A DNA stretch of 64,000 nucleotides from Azolla caroliniana (Eukaryota > Plantae > Polypodiophyta), in the NCBI GenBank assembly GCA_043228905.1, contig JBHGNT010000013.1:11098001-11162000 (forward strand), in the 5' to 3' direction. A program made the position numbers and the translations under genes. This document shows positions 62,472 to 64,000 of this stretch, piece after piece. The notes under the pieces were generated by a model, which ran no database searches, was not told where the DNA came from, and saw only the letters and a program-made list of their open reading frames with translations. Position 1 is the first letter of the stretch. Each line of letters begins with the position of its first letter.

Positions 62472-64000
62472 CAGTTTTTCTCCGCTTGGGACAGCTTCCG
62501 GCTGGCGTAATATACCGGCCGGTACCATTTTGGCTCCGTAAGTTGCATTAAGGCGCTGCCGATAGCGATGTCGGAAGCGTCAACGAACACATGAAATTCC
62601 TTGCTCCAATCCGGAGGCTGCACGACGGGTGCTTGCGACAAAAGTACCTTCAGGGCATTATATGCCTTATCCTCCGTATCCGTCCATTGGAACGGTGTCC
62701 GATGTACCGCGGTGTGTAATGGTGTAGCCAAGTCAGCCAAGTGACGGAGCATCCGGCTGTGCCACCGGATCTGTCCTAAGAATCGGCTTAGTACTTTGGC
62801 CGTTTTCGGCGCCGGTGCCCCTAGTATCGCGTTTACTTTGTCCGGGTCGACCGCAATGCCCTCCTTACTTACAATGTGTCCCAGTAAGATTCCACTTGAA
62901 ACCCCAAAGATGCATTTTGCTGGGTTTAAGCTTAGTCGGTATAACCTACACTTTTCAAGGCATAACTGTAGGTGCTGCAAATGGTCTTTTCCCCGGCTAT
63001 AGACTGCAAAATCATCTAGGAAAACCTGCATGAAGGCAGGAATGTATTCGCCGAAGATCTCCATGATGATTCGTTGGAACGTTGCTGGTGCCGTTTTTAG
63101 GCCGAACATCATTACCTCGGCCACAAACACCCCCCATTCGGTGACGAACGTTGTCTTCTCCTGGTCGTCAGGGTGCATCCGGATTTGATTGTATCCACTG
63201 AACCCGTCTAAAAAACTATAAACTTCATGGCCGGCGACGGCATCCAGTACTCCATCCGTGAACGGAAGAGGGAATGCATCCGTAATTGTGGCTGCATTTA
63301 GTTTCCTGTAATCTACACACACGCGGATTTTACCGTTCTTCTTTGGGACGACGACGATGGGGCTCAGCCACGTCGCTTTCTTTACCGGCCGGATGAAGCC
63401 CACTCTTAGGAGTTTGTCGATTTCCTCCTTCACTTTGGCGGCGTAGTTGGGGTTCATTCGGTAACGTCTTTGCGCCACTGGTTTCGCGTCCTTGCCTAAG
63501 TGGATCTGATGCTGATATAATTGAGGGTCCAGCCCTCGCATGTCTTCGTATGACCAGGCGAATACGTCGCGAAACTCCGTGAGAAGTTTGATCATCGCCG
63601 CTTTATCTTCCGGCTTCATTTCTTTGGCGATGTGTACCGGCTTTGATTCGTCCTTGCTTCCTAGGTTCACTTCGTCGAGCTGGGATGTTTTTACCCGTTG
63701 GGAAACGGCCATTTCCCGTTCCAACGCTTCCTGTGCTTGCCGTAATTCCCGGATCGAATCTTTGTCTAGTTCGGCTTCGGTTTCGTCCCGCTGCGGCAAG
63801 TATGGCGCTACGGCTTCAGCTACGTCAATCTCGAAGAGTGGTACGATCTTCGGGTGTTCCTCCAAGTACTGGGCTTCTTCGTCGTCTGCCAACCCTTCAA
63901 GCATGTTCACGCATTCCGCATACAGCGGTGTGCATTCCTTACCGTTGCTCGTCCGTGGTTGTGTTGGTACCCGGACCTTGGCTTTTCCGCGCCGGAAGGT
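62472..64000 (-). pseudogene. G2-family RT-RNase H fragment, inverted relative to the adjacent LTR, running off the window
   Basis: ORF 62459-63910 nearly identical to the matching part of G2 pol. Confidence 0.93.

Overview
Gene-free eukaryotic heterochromatin-like window, almost entirely nested retrotransposons; the lineages suggest a non-seed land plant (inference). No host gene, tRNA or rRNA is supported. Target-site duplications (TSDs) resolve the nesting. An old Ty1/copia element (C1, 19464-44509, minus) hosts copia A1 (which itself holds chromovirus G1 and copia A2), copia A3, an Athila/Tat-like gypsy with an extra ORF (G2) and a plus-strand gypsy with a tRNA-Trp-like primer site (G4). 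A 5'-truncated RTE-X-like LINE hosts G3, a relative of G2. Copia B (carrying a solo LTR) is at the left end; copia C2 and a rearranged G2-family copy are at the right end. Best candidate for a new system: G2 and G3 have no polypurine tract before the 3' LTR. In its place is a conserved tRNA-3'-end copy (...GUCCCACGGGCGUGCCA), i.e. an inverted second primer-binding site, suggesting tRNA priming of both DNA strands. Also seen: Tf1-type self-priming and a -1 frameshift signal in G1, a gag-pro/-1/pol layout in G4, a PMD-like coiled-coil ORF3 in G2/G3, and a capsid swap within copia family A. tRNA identities and clade names come from recall and need database confirmation.
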